The notes under the pieces were generated by a model, which saw only the letters and a list, made by a program, of their open reading frames with translations, was not told where the DNA came from and ran no database searches. Shown here one piece after another: positions 50,846 through 60,239 of a stretch of 64,000 bases of DNA. Every line of letters begins with the position of its first letter. The first letter of the stretch is position 1. The position numbers and the translations under genes were made by a program. Origin of the DNA: a virus; the IMG/VR virus record IMGVR_UViG_3300031951_000017, positions 64,001-128,000 of that record; one strand, given 5' to 3'.

Positions 50846-51598
50846 TCAAATATCACGATTTTCAATAGATAATTTTTTATCCATTATTTTATTTTTGGCG
50901 TCAAGTAACTTACCAATATAACCATTTCTTCTTAAAATTTTAAAAACTAAGTTTTCATACGATAATTCTCCCTTAGTTTCTAATCCACACTTACGATATT
51001 TTTTTAACTTATCTTGGTATTTTTTAATTAGTTTTTTAGCATCATCAAGTTCCTCATCTTGGATATTCTCGAGTACACCATCAATGATGTTCATCCATTG
51101 CTTTGCCTTTTCTTTTAACTTGTCTTTATCTAATCTGAAATTTTGTTTTTCAGGAACAACTTCCCATTCCTCATATAAAACAGAATATACTCCAGTAGAC
51201 GTGTGTTCTTCATTAGCGTCTTGTATGTATAACTCCACTTCATAATTTTTAATGGTAATATCATGAGTATCATTAAATAATGTTTTTTTCAGATTAAAAA
51301 GTTCCTTATACAACTCATTTTGAGATTCTTCAAATTGAGACATATCGACTAAGACGTGTAAATCAAAATCGGAATACTGAGACCAATTGTAATTTGATAA
51401 AGAACCCGTTAATATTATATCGGAAATAAAAAAGTCTAGACCGACAAAATCCACAAATTCATACGCAATCTCAAGTAGACTAGATTGTATCTCTTTTTTT
51501 AAAGTTGCGTTTTGAGGGTCGGTCTCATTATCCCACACTTTCGGATTTAAACTATCCTGAATGTTAAAACTATCTATTACTTTACTTAAATTTGACAT
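50846..51598 (-). CDS. Pol-beta-superfamily nucleotidyltransferase
   Basis: LTGSLSNYNW..YSDFDLH, then EVELY. Confidence 0.8.
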   Translation of the reverse strand: MSNLSKVIDSFNIQDSLNPKVWDNETDPQNATLKKEIQSSLLEIAYEFVDFVGLDFFISDIILTGSLSNYNWSQYSDFDLHVLVDMSQFEESQNELYKELFNLKKTLFNDTHDITIKNYEVELYIQDANEEHTSTGVYSVLYEEWEVVPEKQNFRLDKDKLKEKAKQWMNIIDGVLENIQDEELDDAKKLIKKYQDKLKKYRKCGLETKGELSYENLVFKILRRNGYIGKLLDAKNKIMDKKLSIENRDI

Positions 51599-51619
51599 CT
51601 ATAATAAATACTCAAGTTT

Positions 51620-51862
51620 TTACAACTTTTTGTACTTAAATGTTTTTGCTATATTTTTACTAAAAAAACTTCCTTGTGATTGAGCAGTTCTAAATGAAGT
51701 GTATAGTTGGTGAGGAACTTCCTCATATTCATAATTGACTCCATTCTTAAATTCAACAATTAATTTTTTTGTTTCTGTATTGTAATCAGTTTTTACTATA
51801 TTTGTGGACTCAATCTCACAAATAATATGAGTACCTTTAATTTCTTCTTTAGTAATTGCCAT
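51620..51862 (-). CDS. KTSC-domain protein
   Basis: STNI...Y......L.VEF.NG..Y.Y..VP...Y..F..A.S.GSFF..NI. Confidence 0.9.
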   Translation of the reverse strand: MAITKEEIKGTHIICEIESTNIVKTDYNTETKKLIVEFKNGVNYEYEEVPHQLYTSFRTAQSQGSFFSKNIAKTFKYKKL

Positions 51863-51915
51863 ATGTTTTTTTTATTAACATAAATAGAATAAAATGACTT
51901 GTGAATATTATTTAG

Positions 51916-51947
51916 TTGAAATTTAAAAAAAAATGAATTATTATTTT
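51916..51947 (+). promoter_or_regulatory. Host-sigma-type promoter for clpC
   Basis: TTGAAA-N17-TATTAT(TTT). Confidence 0.45.
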
Positions 51948-51961
51948 AAAAACATAAAGTT

Positions 51962-53974
51962 ATGATAGAGTCAATGGACAATGACAAAAACAAGAATCAG
52001 GGGAAATCTGATTCATCAACAACTCCCGCTTTAGATAATTTTAGTAGGGACTTAATTAAATTGGCCGAACAGGGTAAATTGGACCCCGTTGTTGGTCGAG
52101 AAAAAGAAATTTTGAGAATTGCTCAAATTCTTTCTCGTAGAAAGAAAAACAATCCAATCATTATTGGTGAACCTGGTTGTGGTAAAACCGCTCTAGTTGA
52201 GGGATTGGCTATGAAAATTCACCAAGGTGAGTGTCCTAGAAATTTAATGGACAAACGAATTTTATCTTTGGACATGACATCAATTGTTGCGGGAACAAAA
52301 TATCGTGGACAATTTGAAGAAAGGATGAAAGTAGTTATTGAAGAACTTCAGGCCAACCCTGATATTATTGTGTTCATTGATGAGATTCATACAATAGTGG
52401 GTGCTGGAAACACAACAGGTTCTTTAGATGCTTCAAATATCTTTAAACCAGCTTTAGCCCGTGGTGAGATTCAGTGTATTGGTGCCACGACTCTTGATGA
52501 GTATAGAAAGAACTTTGAAAAGGATGGTGCATTAGAAAGACGTTTTCAAAAGGTAGTCGTTGACCCATCTTCAGCTGAAGAAACTTTACAGATTCTTAAA
52601 AACATTAAAGACAAATACGAAACATTTCATAAGGTAATTTTTACTGAAGAAATTCTTAATATTTGTGTCCGTTTGGCTGAGAGATATATCACCGACAGAG
52701 AATTTCCTGATAAGGCAATTGACATTTTGGACGAGGTTGGTGCTCGTAGTCAAGTTGAGATAAAGACTCCGGCAGTGATTGAGGACTTGAAAGCCGAGGC
52801 TGATGGAATCAAACAAGAAAAAATTCAAGTGGTTAAAAGTCAAAAATACGAGGAGGCCGCGGAACTAAGAGATAAGGAGAGAAAAGTTCTTTTAAAATTG
52901 GATAACGAGAAAAAGAAATTTGAACAATCCCTTTTGAAAAAGAAAAAAACAATCCCAATTGAACTAGTCTATGAAGTAGTTTCAAACATGACGAAAATTC
53001 CATTGTCTAAACTTTCTTTAGATGATTCAAAATCATTAATCAATCTTGAAGAAACTTTATCGGGTAAAGTTATTGGTCAGGAAGATGCCGTTAAACGAAT
53101 TTCAAAAGCTATACGTAGAAATCGTTTGGGGATTAAAGACCCAAATAAACCAATCGGGTCGTTTATTTTCTTGGGGTCAACAGGTGTTGGTAAAACATAT
53201 TTGGCAAAACAATTGGCTAGGGAGATATTTGGAAGTGATGAAAACTTAATCCGAGTTGATATGTCGGAATACCAGGAAAAACACTCAATATCTAAATTAA
53301 TTGGGGCACCTCCTGGATATGTTGGATATGACCAAGGTGGACAACTTACCGAACAAATTAAAAATAAACCTTATTGTGTTATTTTGTTCGATGAAATTGA
53401 GAAAGCCAACAAAGATGTATTCTCATCTTTACTTCAGGTTTTAGATGACGGACACATGACAGATGGTTTAGGTAGAAAAATTAATTTCAAGAATTGTTTG
53501 ATTATTATGACATCAAACCTAGGAATTAAAAAATTACAAGATTTCGGGTCTAGTGTTGGTTTTAGTACTTCACAAAGTTCTTATAGTGCTGAGGAAAATA
53601 GAAAGAACATGCTTCAAAAAGAACTTAAAAATTTCTTTAGTCCAGAATTCCTAAACAGAATAGACGACGTAGTGATTTTCAACTCACTCAAAGAAGAACA
53701 CATTGAGAGTATTGCTAAAATAGAGTTGGACAAACTAACTAAGAGATTGATGGAGATGAAATTTGATGTTAAATTTGATGAGAGTGTTGTAAAATATGTA
53801 TCTAAGAATGGGTATGATGAACTTTATGGTGCACGTCCTTTAAAAAGAGCCATACAAGATAAATTAGAAGATTATATCTCTGATGAAGTTCTAAAGGGTA
53901 ACATCGTTGAGAATGGTCATTACACTCTATCAATCAAAGATGATGAAATCCAATTAATGGGTATTGTAATGTGA
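51962..53974 (+). CDS. clpC: ClpC-type AAA+ unfoldase lacking the N-terminal Clp-repeat domain
   Basis: GEPGCGKT and GSTGVGKT Walker A motifs, KYRG and GYVG pore loops, UVR-like [12 protein letters not shown] ClpP-docking loop, GARPL. Confidence 0.92.
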   Translation: MIESMDNDKNKNQGKSDSSTTPALDNFSRDLIKLAEQGKLDPVVGREKEILRIAQILSRRKKNNPIIIGEPGCGKTALVEGLAMKIHQGECPRNLMDKRILSLDMTSIVAGTKYRGQFEERMKVVIEELQANPDIIVFIDEIHTIVGAGNTTGSLDASNIFKPALARGEIQCIGATTLDEYRKNFEKDGALERRFQKVVVDPSSAEETLQILKNIKDKYETFHKVIFTEEILNICVRLAERYITDREFPDKAIDILDEVGARSQVEIKTPAVIEDLKAEADGIKQEKIQVVKSQKYEEAAELRDKERKVLLKLDNEKKKFEQSLLKKKKTIPIELVYEVVSNMTKIPLSKLSLDDSKSLINLEETLSGKVIGQEDAVKRISKAIRRNRLGIKDPNKPIGSFIFLGSTGVGKTYLAKQLAREIFGSDENLIRVDMSEYQEKHSISKLIGAPPGYVGYDQGGQLTEQIKNKPYCVILFDEIEKANKDVFSSLLQVLDDGHMTDGLGRKINFKNCLIIMTSNLGIKKLQDFGSSVGFSTSQSSYSAEENRKNMLQKELKNFFSPEFLNRIDDVVIFNSLKEEHIESIAKIELDKLTKRLMEMKFDVKFDESVVKYVSKNGYDELYGARPLKRAIQDKLEDYISDEVLKGNIVENGHYTLSIKDDEIQLMGIVM

Positions 53975-53999
53975 AAAAGGGAGGTTAACCTCCCTTTTT
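53974..53999. terminator. Bidirectional intrinsic terminator
   Basis: AAAAAGGGAGGTTAACCTCCCTTTTT between convergent genes. Confidence 0.9.
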
Positions 54000-55410
54000 A
54001 CATTGCTTCTAATTTTGATTGAAGTTCTTCTGAATCTTCAATATTTTTACTTTTTAGTAATTCAGCTAATTTTCTAGATGTCATTCTATCCATTTTACCA
54101 GTTGAACTACTTAATCCATTATCTTTTTGGAATTTACTTAATGCGGTTTTAGTTTCGGGACCAAACTTGCCATCTGCACCATATTTTGGTAGTGAATACC
54201 CTAACTTCATTAAAGCGTTCTGTATTGTCACCGCATTATCGTTAACTGAATATTGTTTAGTGTCTCCTTGATATTCTGAAACTTCCTCTTGCATAAAGGC
54301 CAAAGATTCCTCAGATGTCATGTTTGGGTCTAAGTCTTCAAATTTATCGAGCATTGCCGAATCAAAGTCACCACTTGAAGTTAAAAAGTCTGCAAATCTT
54401 TTCATAAATAAAGGAACTGCAACAGTATATCCTCTTCTACCCCAAGGTGCTCCAACCGCATTTTTAATAAATGTTTCAGCTGGTAACATCATTTTTTGAC
54501 CTTTTCCAAATAAAACTTGTACACCCGAATCACTTATATTTAAAATTTTGGCAGTTGTTGCCTTACCATTTTTACCAACATATCTATAACTTTTCCCAGT
54601 AATAAATCCTAGTTTTCGCATAACTTTGACAGGATTTGCAATTGGTTTTGCCATTCTAACAAATGAATAAAATCTATCTTTTAAATTTTTAGATAGAGTT
54701 TGTAATCCTTTCTTAATAGAAGTCTTACCTGCAGTTTTACTAGTTGTTTTACCTGCCGCTGGAATTAATTTTTGAAATATTTGTCTAGCTCTTACTGCAA
54801 ACCTTGAGAAAAAACCTCCTACCTTACTTGCATATTTACCTAAAAGTTTTTTACCTAATGTACTATTAACTGCCTTACCGATATATGCTGGAATTTTAAC
54901 TAAAACTTCCTCTAAAATTCTACCAACAACTCTTAAAGCAATTAGAACAGGTTTAGTTAAAGTTTTAACTGAACCACTAACAAAAGCTTTTAATGCTGGA
55001 GCAACCGCTTGTAATTGACCAGGTAATACCCCAAATGCAAAAGTAATTGCGGCCATTAAGTATAAATTATCAGTCTCTTCCTCTGATTTAAATTGTGCTT
55101 CTACTATATAACTCAATGCATGAACAATATCGACAATTGCGCCTGAACCTGGTACAAAATAATCAACACCTGCGGAAACTAAATCAACACCAGCATGTAT
55201 AATATCACTTAAACTCCAATCCTCATTAATTGGGACTATGTCACCTGTTTGAATGTTATAAGCAGTACCTTCGTATACTAAATACTTGTGGTCATTAGTT
55301 ATTTTACAAGATAATAATTTAGTTAAAGGTGTTATAGAATTTTCATCTATTGGATTATATAGGTTTAAAATTCTTTGTTTTTCGGATTCATTTAATAAAA
55401 TTCTTGGCAT
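53998..55410 (-). CDS. Late protein with a pre-toxin-TG-like helical hairpin and a C-terminal peptidoglycan-binding domain
   Basis: IH...D......VPG.G...D...A..Y..E; IQNALMKLGY...ADGKFGPETKTAL..FQ..NGL. Confidence 0.7.
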   Translation of the reverse strand: MPRILLNESEKQRILNLYNPIDENSITPLTKLLSCKITNDHKYLVYEGTAYNIQTGDIVPINEDWSLSDIIHAGVDLVSAGVDYFVPGSGAIVDIVHALSYIVEAQFKSEEETDNLYLMAAITFAFGVLPGQLQAVAPALKAFVSGSVKTLTKPVLIALRVVGRILEEVLVKIPAYIGKAVNSTLGKKLLGKYASKVGGFFSRFAVRARQIFQKLIPAAGKTTSKTAGKTSIKKGLQTLSKNLKDRFYSFVRMAKPIANPVKVMRKLGFITGKSYRYVGKNGKATTAKILNISDSGVQVLFGKGQKMMLPAETFIKNAVGAPWGRRGYTVAVPLFMKRFADFLTSSGDFDSAMLDKFEDLDPNMTSEESLAFMQEEVSEYQGDTKQYSVNDNAVTIQNALMKLGYSLPKYGADGKFGPETKTALSKFQKDNGLSSSTGKMDRMTSRKLAELLKSKNIEDSEELQSKLEAM

Positions 55411-55449
55411 AATTTACTTTTTATATAAATATTGCCATATAATAAAAAA

Positions 55450-56274
55450 TTACCAATACCTAAAAGATGGACTCTTTTGTGGACTGAGTTCGTATTTTTT
55501 AAGACCTAAATCTTGAATCATTTTTTTACCCATATCAATACCATTAAACACATCCTCAATCACAACATATTCATTTCTTGTGTGATATTGATAATAACCG
55601 ATTGATATGTTGATACAAGAAAAGTCAAACAAACTTTTAAGGGCATATACATCAGTATAGGGGTGAACCATATATTTTTTCTTGTCGTTCATTCCCTCTG
55701 TCAAAATTTTATCACAGGTACTGAAAAATTCACCTTCCCTATCAAATAACTTAGCACCAAAACAAGTTTCAGTAATCATCCAGTTTTCAGGACCGTCGAA
55801 TTGAATCGCATAACCAACATCAGAAAAGAAAGACTTGTCAGCATACCTTGAGCCATGACATCCAGTTTCCTCAGAAACAAAAAATGCGGCTTTAATGGTT
55901 TCCATCTCTTCCAAAAGTTCCATACAGGCAAATACTCCACATTTATCATCTCCACCAATACCTGTTGGTTCTCCGTGGTCATTATACGCCTTCAAAGACA
56001 ATTTCAATTCTCTATGAGAATTTGGCAACATTTCCTCAACAACATTAATTGAGTCTATTGGGTGGACAGTATCGGTGTGACATACAACACATGGGTATTT
56101 TTCATTATCATTAAGAATACCTTTTGTTGCATAGATATTAAAATGTTCATCAACCACAAAGTCAATGTTTTTTTCTTTAAGCCAATCACATATGTATTGT
56201 ACCATTTTTTCCTCACGATAAGTGTGAGTCGGTACAGCTAATACCGATTTTAATAACGTTAAATCTCGATTCAT
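55450..56274 (-). CDS. M20/M28-family zinc peptidase (start revised to MNRDL)
   Basis: HTDTV, GGDDKCG, SEETG, QFD, YHT. Confidence 0.85.
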   Translation of the reverse strand: MNRDLTLLKSVLAVPTHTYREEKMVQYICDWLKEKNIDFVVDEHFNIYATKGILNDNEKYPCVVCHTDTVHPIDSINVVEEMLPNSHRELKLSLKAYNDHGEPTGIGGDDKCGVFACMELLEEMETIKAAFFVSEETGCHGSRYADKSFFSDVGYAIQFDGPENWMITETCFGAKLFDREGEFFSTCDKILTEGMNDKKKYMVHPYTDVYALKSLFDFSCINISIGYYQYHTRNEYVVIEDVFNGIDMGKKMIQDLGLKKYELSPQKSPSFRYW

Positions 56275-56292
56275 TTTTATTTGTTTAAGGTG

Positions 56293-56322
56293 CAAATATA
56301 TGAATAATCCTTAATCAAACAA
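56293..56322 (-). promoter_or_regulatory. Bacteroidota-type -33/-7 promoter
   Basis: TTG-N19-TATATTTG on the minus strand. Confidence 0.6.
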
Positions 56323-57372
56323 CTCTGGGTGAAATAAAAATGTTAAAAAATCATCATAACCCATTTTAAATTCTTCAATTGTTTCAAAAGATGCTTGTGA
56401 ATATTCTACAATAATTTTTCCTGCAAAAATATTAAGAATCTTAAATTTAGAGTTTGTATTTTGTTTTTGTTTGGGAAATGAATACCAAGTATTATATTTA
56501 TAGTCATACTTATGCATAAGTTCCTGGAGTTCATTATTTTTTTCTAGAACACCTGAATCCATATCTTCCTCTATCGCATCAATTATTTTGTCTAATTGAT
56601 TTTCAACACTTCGATTAAATCCCTCTTTATCAAAATTTTCCCAACTGAAATAATCAAAATAGTCATCATATAAATCTTCATCCAAAACTAAGTCTTCCAT
56701 TTTCATTATATTATTCATCATTTCTAAAAAATCATCATCAAATCTTTCGTATTTTTCATAAAGTTTCAAAATGTTTTTAACATTTGTAACATACTTTAAC
56801 TGGCATTTCACCTCAACAAATTTAAATTTTGTAAGGACTCCACAAAATTTTTGACTAAGATAATCTTTAAGTCCTGCAACTAAGGCAATATCATATTCAT
56901 CGGCGTAGTCACCAACAATGTAATCCACTTCTTTTTCAAATTTATCATACAAGAATGAAGCAATATCACTTTTAATATTCCAAAAATCTTCATTTTGTAT
57001 CTCTGAAAATAATTTTATATTTGTTAATCTAACAATTTCTTTTACTTTATTAATATTCTCATTATCGAATGAATCAAATATATATCCTTCCTTAAAGTCT
57101 TCTTCCGCCCAATATTTGTCGACAAACATATGACCATATCCGTAACTATTACCAAAAACATTATTTATGTAGAACGTATTATTTGTGTAGTCATTACGGT
57201 TATCGAACATTGATAAAAATTCGGGTCTACTAAAAAATACATTAACTACGGTTCTTTCTCGTTCTTCTTTTCTTAGTACAGGTATTTTTAGTACGTCATC
57301 ATCAGACTCCCTAGTTGGGTCATAATCAATTTCACCATTTACGTAAGATTTCAATGCGGTATATAAATTCAT
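56311..57372 (-). CDS. Hypothetical acidic protein
   Basis: 353-aa ORF divergent from the tmRNA. Confidence 0.65.
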   Translation of the reverse strand: MNLYTALKSYVNGEIDYDPTRESDDDVLKIPVLRKEERERTVVNVFFSRPEFLSMFDNRNDYTNNTFYINNVFGNSYGYGHMFVDKYWAEEDFKEGYIFDSFDNENINKVKEIVRLTNIKLFSEIQNEDFWNIKSDIASFLYDKFEKEVDYIVGDYADEYDIALVAGLKDYLSQKFCGVLTKFKFVEVKCQLKYVTNVKNILKLYEKYERFDDDFLEMMNNIMKMEDLVLDEDLYDDYFDYFSWENFDKEGFNRSVENQLDKIIDAIEEDMDSGVLEKNNELQELMHKYDYKYNTWYSFPKQKQNTNSKFKILNIFAGKIIVEYSQASFETIEEFKMGYDDFLTFLFHPELFD

Positions 57373-57408
57373 GTTTTTTTTACAAATATATTAATATCTT
57401 AATAAATA

Positions 57409-57440
57409 TTTGTTTTAATGAAAAGATATTTATATCTTTG
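57409..57440 (+). promoter_or_regulatory. Bacteroidota-type promoter for tmRNA, overlapping a TATTTAT motif
   Basis: TTTG-N20-TATCTTTG; TATTTAT at 57427-57433. Confidence 0.7.
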
Positions 57441-57461
57441 TATCGTAGTTCTTTGATTTAT

Positions 57462-57855
57462 GGGGATGTTTTTGGCTTTGACAGGTATGATACGCCATAA
57501 AACGCACGTCGGAGCTGAATTAACTCCGTTAAACTGATTCAAATTGTAAACGGCAACGTTATCAACAAACTTTCAGTAGCTGGTTTAATCCGCACTGAAG
57601 AAGTAGCAGTAGCTTAATCTAGGATTAACCTACAAAACGGGTCGGTAAGCATATAACCTTGGAACAGAAGCTCGTATTGTGGTGTGGTTTCTACCCAAAA
57701 AGAAACAAGTGGAGGATTAGTTCTCAGTAAACCGAACCACTATAAAATAAGGGAATTGTGAAGTTTTGGATTATTTAGAAAAATAATGACCTAAACGTGT
57801 AGTGTTTTATGTCTTACTTATTTGGACCCGGGTTCGACCCCCGGCATCTCCACCA
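57462..57855 (+). ncRNA. ssrA: tmRNA (transfer-messenger RNA)
   Basis: 5' GGGGATG pairs with 3' CATCTCC-ACCA and includes G3:U70; T-arm CCGGGTTCGACCCCCGG; internal tag ORF at 57552-57617. Confidence 0.95.
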
Positions 57856-57857
57856 TT

Positions 57858-57889
57858 AAATAAAGGGACTTTGGTCCCTTTATTTTTTT
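57858..57889 (+). terminator. Intrinsic terminator after tmRNA
   Basis: AAATAAAGGGAC-TTTG-GTCCCTTTATTT followed by a T run. Confidence 0.85.
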
Positions 57890-57913
57890 ATGTATTTTTT
57901 ATATTTATATCAT

Positions 57914-58762
57914 ATGAATAAAGATTTTGTTTTAAATGTTGTAAATAAAGTTGATAGATTTTGGGAATCATCAGATGGTGTTTTAAGTTTCACAACTAAA
58001 TTAGTTAAGGATAAAAAATTCGCTGGGATTTTTGAGAAGTTCAAGGGTAGTAGTCTATTTGTAATTTCTTTTCTAGTTCAGGCAAAGAAAAACAATCAAG
58101 ATTTAGATAAAATTTTTGATGAACTTGAGAATAGTCTTTTTGTTTATAATACAATTACGGTAGAAGATACTGAACCAACTATAGAGTGTGATGCTTGTGA
58201 TGGTGATGGTACATTTGAATGTCCTGAATGTAATGGTAGTGGTAGGGAAGAATGCTGGGAGTGTGGTGGTAGTGGTGAAAAAGAGTGTGGGGATTGTGAG
58301 GGTACTGGTGAGGATTCAGATGGGGAAGAGTGTACAAGATGTTATGGTAGCGGAATGGAAACATGTAATGAGTGTCTTGGTGATGGTGAAACTAGGTGTG
58401 AACGATGTTCGGGTAAGGGTGACAAAGAATGTTACAAATGTGAAGGTGAAGGTGAGGTCACTACTAAAGACCAATTCAAGGTTATACAAAGACAATACAT
58501 TAGTTATGATGGTGAGTATTTAAATTATCTTGAAAATTTAAAAAAAGAGGAAGAAATAGAATATTCCCCAACAACTGATAGAGCCTCATTACTAAGAGAA
58601 GATATTGGGTATATTGATTCTAGTTTATATGATTTTGAACAGGGTGTGGAATATTTTATGGACATATTCCTAAATGAAGATGGTAATGTCGGTGTTACCA
58701 TATTAAATTCACACAATAAATTTATGTTCGATAGTTACGAACTAGATAATTATTTAGATTAA
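57914..58762 (+). CDS. DnaJ-type CxxCxGxG zinc-finger repeat protein without a J domain (start revised to MNKDF)
   Basis: 8 CxxCxGxG repeats; TATTTAT 5 nt before ATG 57914. Confidence 0.8.
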   Translation: MNKDFVLNVVNKVDRFWESSDGVLSFTTKLVKDKKFAGIFEKFKGSSLFVISFLVQAKKNNQDLDKIFDELENSLFVYNTITVEDTEPTIECDACDGDGTFECPECNGSGREECWECGGSGEKECGDCEGTGEDSDGEECTRCYGSGMETCNECLGDGETRCERCSGKGDKECYKCEGEGEVTTKDQFKVIQRQYISYDGEYLNYLENLKKEEEIEYSPTTDRASLLREDIGYIDSSLYDFEQGVEYFMDIFLNEDGNVGVTILNSHNKFMFDSYELDNYLD

Positions 58763-58767
58763 AATAT

Positions 58768-59622
58768 ATGAATCCATTAATAAAACTTGCTTTAGTTAAA
58801 AGACTACAGAAATTGTGGAGACCAGGGGATACTACCATTGGTTTTTTTAAAGATTTACGTGCTAACAAAAAAATCAAACATTTTTTTGAAAATTATGATT
58901 TAACTGATTTAATTGAAATTTGTATGTTAGTTAACGTCGCCAATCATGGTTTAGACCTTAATAAAGAATATGATTTAATGAAAAAAAATCTTTTTACATT
59001 TTCATTAATTAGGGTGGAGGAGTTGAGTCCTGAAGTTGATTGTGGGGTATGTGATGGGTCAGGGGAGATTAGGTGTGATTATTGTTATAACGGAAGTGTT
59101 GATTGTGCTCATTGTGATGGTGGTGATATAGATTGTAGACGTTGTGATGGTAGTGGTGAAGGTCCAGATGAGGAGGATTGTACACATTGTGATGGTAGTG
59201 GTTATGAACAATGTGAATATTGTGATGGTGATGGAAAAATAGATTGTGATGAATGTGGTGGTACTGGTGATATAGGATGTGATGAGTGTGAAGCGTCAGG
59301 GTATGTTAATAGGGAAGATAGAATGCAGATTTCACAACTTGAATATATAAGTTATGATGTTAAACTGAAAGATATATTAGAAAGAAAAAACGAATTTGAC
59401 GTTATGAGTGATGAAATTATGGAATACATATCAAATTCTAAAAGTACTAGTATATTGAGTGACTTTGGTGGAATTAACGATGAATCAAAAATAGTTTTAG
59501 ATGATGCTGATTTTGAAGAGGGTGTTGTGTATTTTGGTGAGTTAAATTTACATCACATTTATATTAGAAATTTTTCTAGAAGTGTAGTGACTGATGGTAA
59601 TTTAGAACAATATTACGATTAA
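58768..59622 (+). CDS. Paralogous CxxCxGxG zinc-finger repeat protein
   Basis: 8 CxxC repeats, some degenerate; shares LF..I.VE..P...C and YISYD flanks with the upstream gene. Confidence 0.8.
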   Translation: MNPLIKLALVKRLQKLWRPGDTTIGFFKDLRANKKIKHFFENYDLTDLIEICMLVNVANHGLDLNKEYDLMKKNLFTFSLIRVEELSPEVDCGVCDGSGEIRCDYCYNGSVDCAHCDGGDIDCRRCDGSGEGPDEEDCTHCDGSGYEQCEYCDGDGKIDCDECGGTGDIGCDECEASGYVNREDRMQISQLEYISYDVKLKDILERKNEFDVMSDEIMEYISNSKSTSILSDFGGINDESKIVLDDADFEEGVVYFGELNLHHIYIRNFSRSVVTDGNLEQYYD

Positions 59623-60239
59623 ATTTGTGTATGTAGAGAATTTGATTCTCTAAGAATGTCTTTTTTGAAATCTTCTGTAAATTCACCATTAACAACAATT
59701 TCGGTTGTGGGTTCACTGAATACCCAATCCATACCTAACATCCCTATTAAATGTTTATCCCGGTCATATATGGGACAGGCAACGTGAGATTGAGTTCCAT
59801 ATGATGATAAAAAAGCTCTAGTAGAAATATCTTCAATTTTATTCAAATCAGTGTAAAACATTTTTTCATCAACCATTTGACGGATATACCAATTAAAATG
59901 TGATACTAAAACATTTTGAAATTTGTCTGATAATTTCTCTAAACCATCAGAACATCTTTCATATGTCATTGTAGATTTTTGCATTGGGGATTCAGTATAG
60001 AAATTACCCCCATTGTGGTATTGAATGATGAATATACGGTCACAATTATATAACCTTCTTAATTCTCGTAAAGCAAAATGAACAATCTCATCTTTTTTTA
60101 TACGTGCAATTAGACCTTCTCTAGATTTTTTTTCCTTCTTTTTTTCCTGCCAATTTCTAAAAAAACCTGAAGCAATCAAAGCGACTAATATCGAGGTTAT
60201 TGAGGTAATCCCCAATTCTATAATTTTCATGTAATCCAT
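59619..60239 (-). CDS. Putative T4 T-like holin (single TM segment plus GAF-like domain)
   Basis: N-terminal TM segment; DR.FI.QYHNG, PI......IG.LG.DW; TATTTAT upstream. Confidence 0.6.
   Translation of the reverse strand: MDYMKIIELGITSITSILVALIASGFFRNWQEKKKEKKSREGLIARIKKDEIVHFALRELRRLYNCDRIFIIQYHNGGNFYTESPMQKSTMTYERCSDGLEKLSDKFQNVLVSHFNWYIRQMVDEKMFYTDLNKIEDISTRAFLSSYGTQSHVACPIYDRDKHLIGMLGMDWVFSEPTTEIVVNGEFTEDFKKDILRESNSLHTQI

Noticed and set aside
51962-53974. ClpB, or host chromosomal contamination
   Set aside because: The short UVR-type middle domain and VGF loop indicate ClpC; the gene is embedded among phage genes with similar composition
57820-57855. Stand-alone tRNA or prophage attachment site
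   Set aside because: It is the 3' tRNA-like end of the tmRNA; no integrase or duplicated 3' end was seen
57914-59622. dnaJ genes or c-type cytochromes
   Set aside because: No J domain or HPD motif, and the motifs are CxxCxG rather than CxxCH
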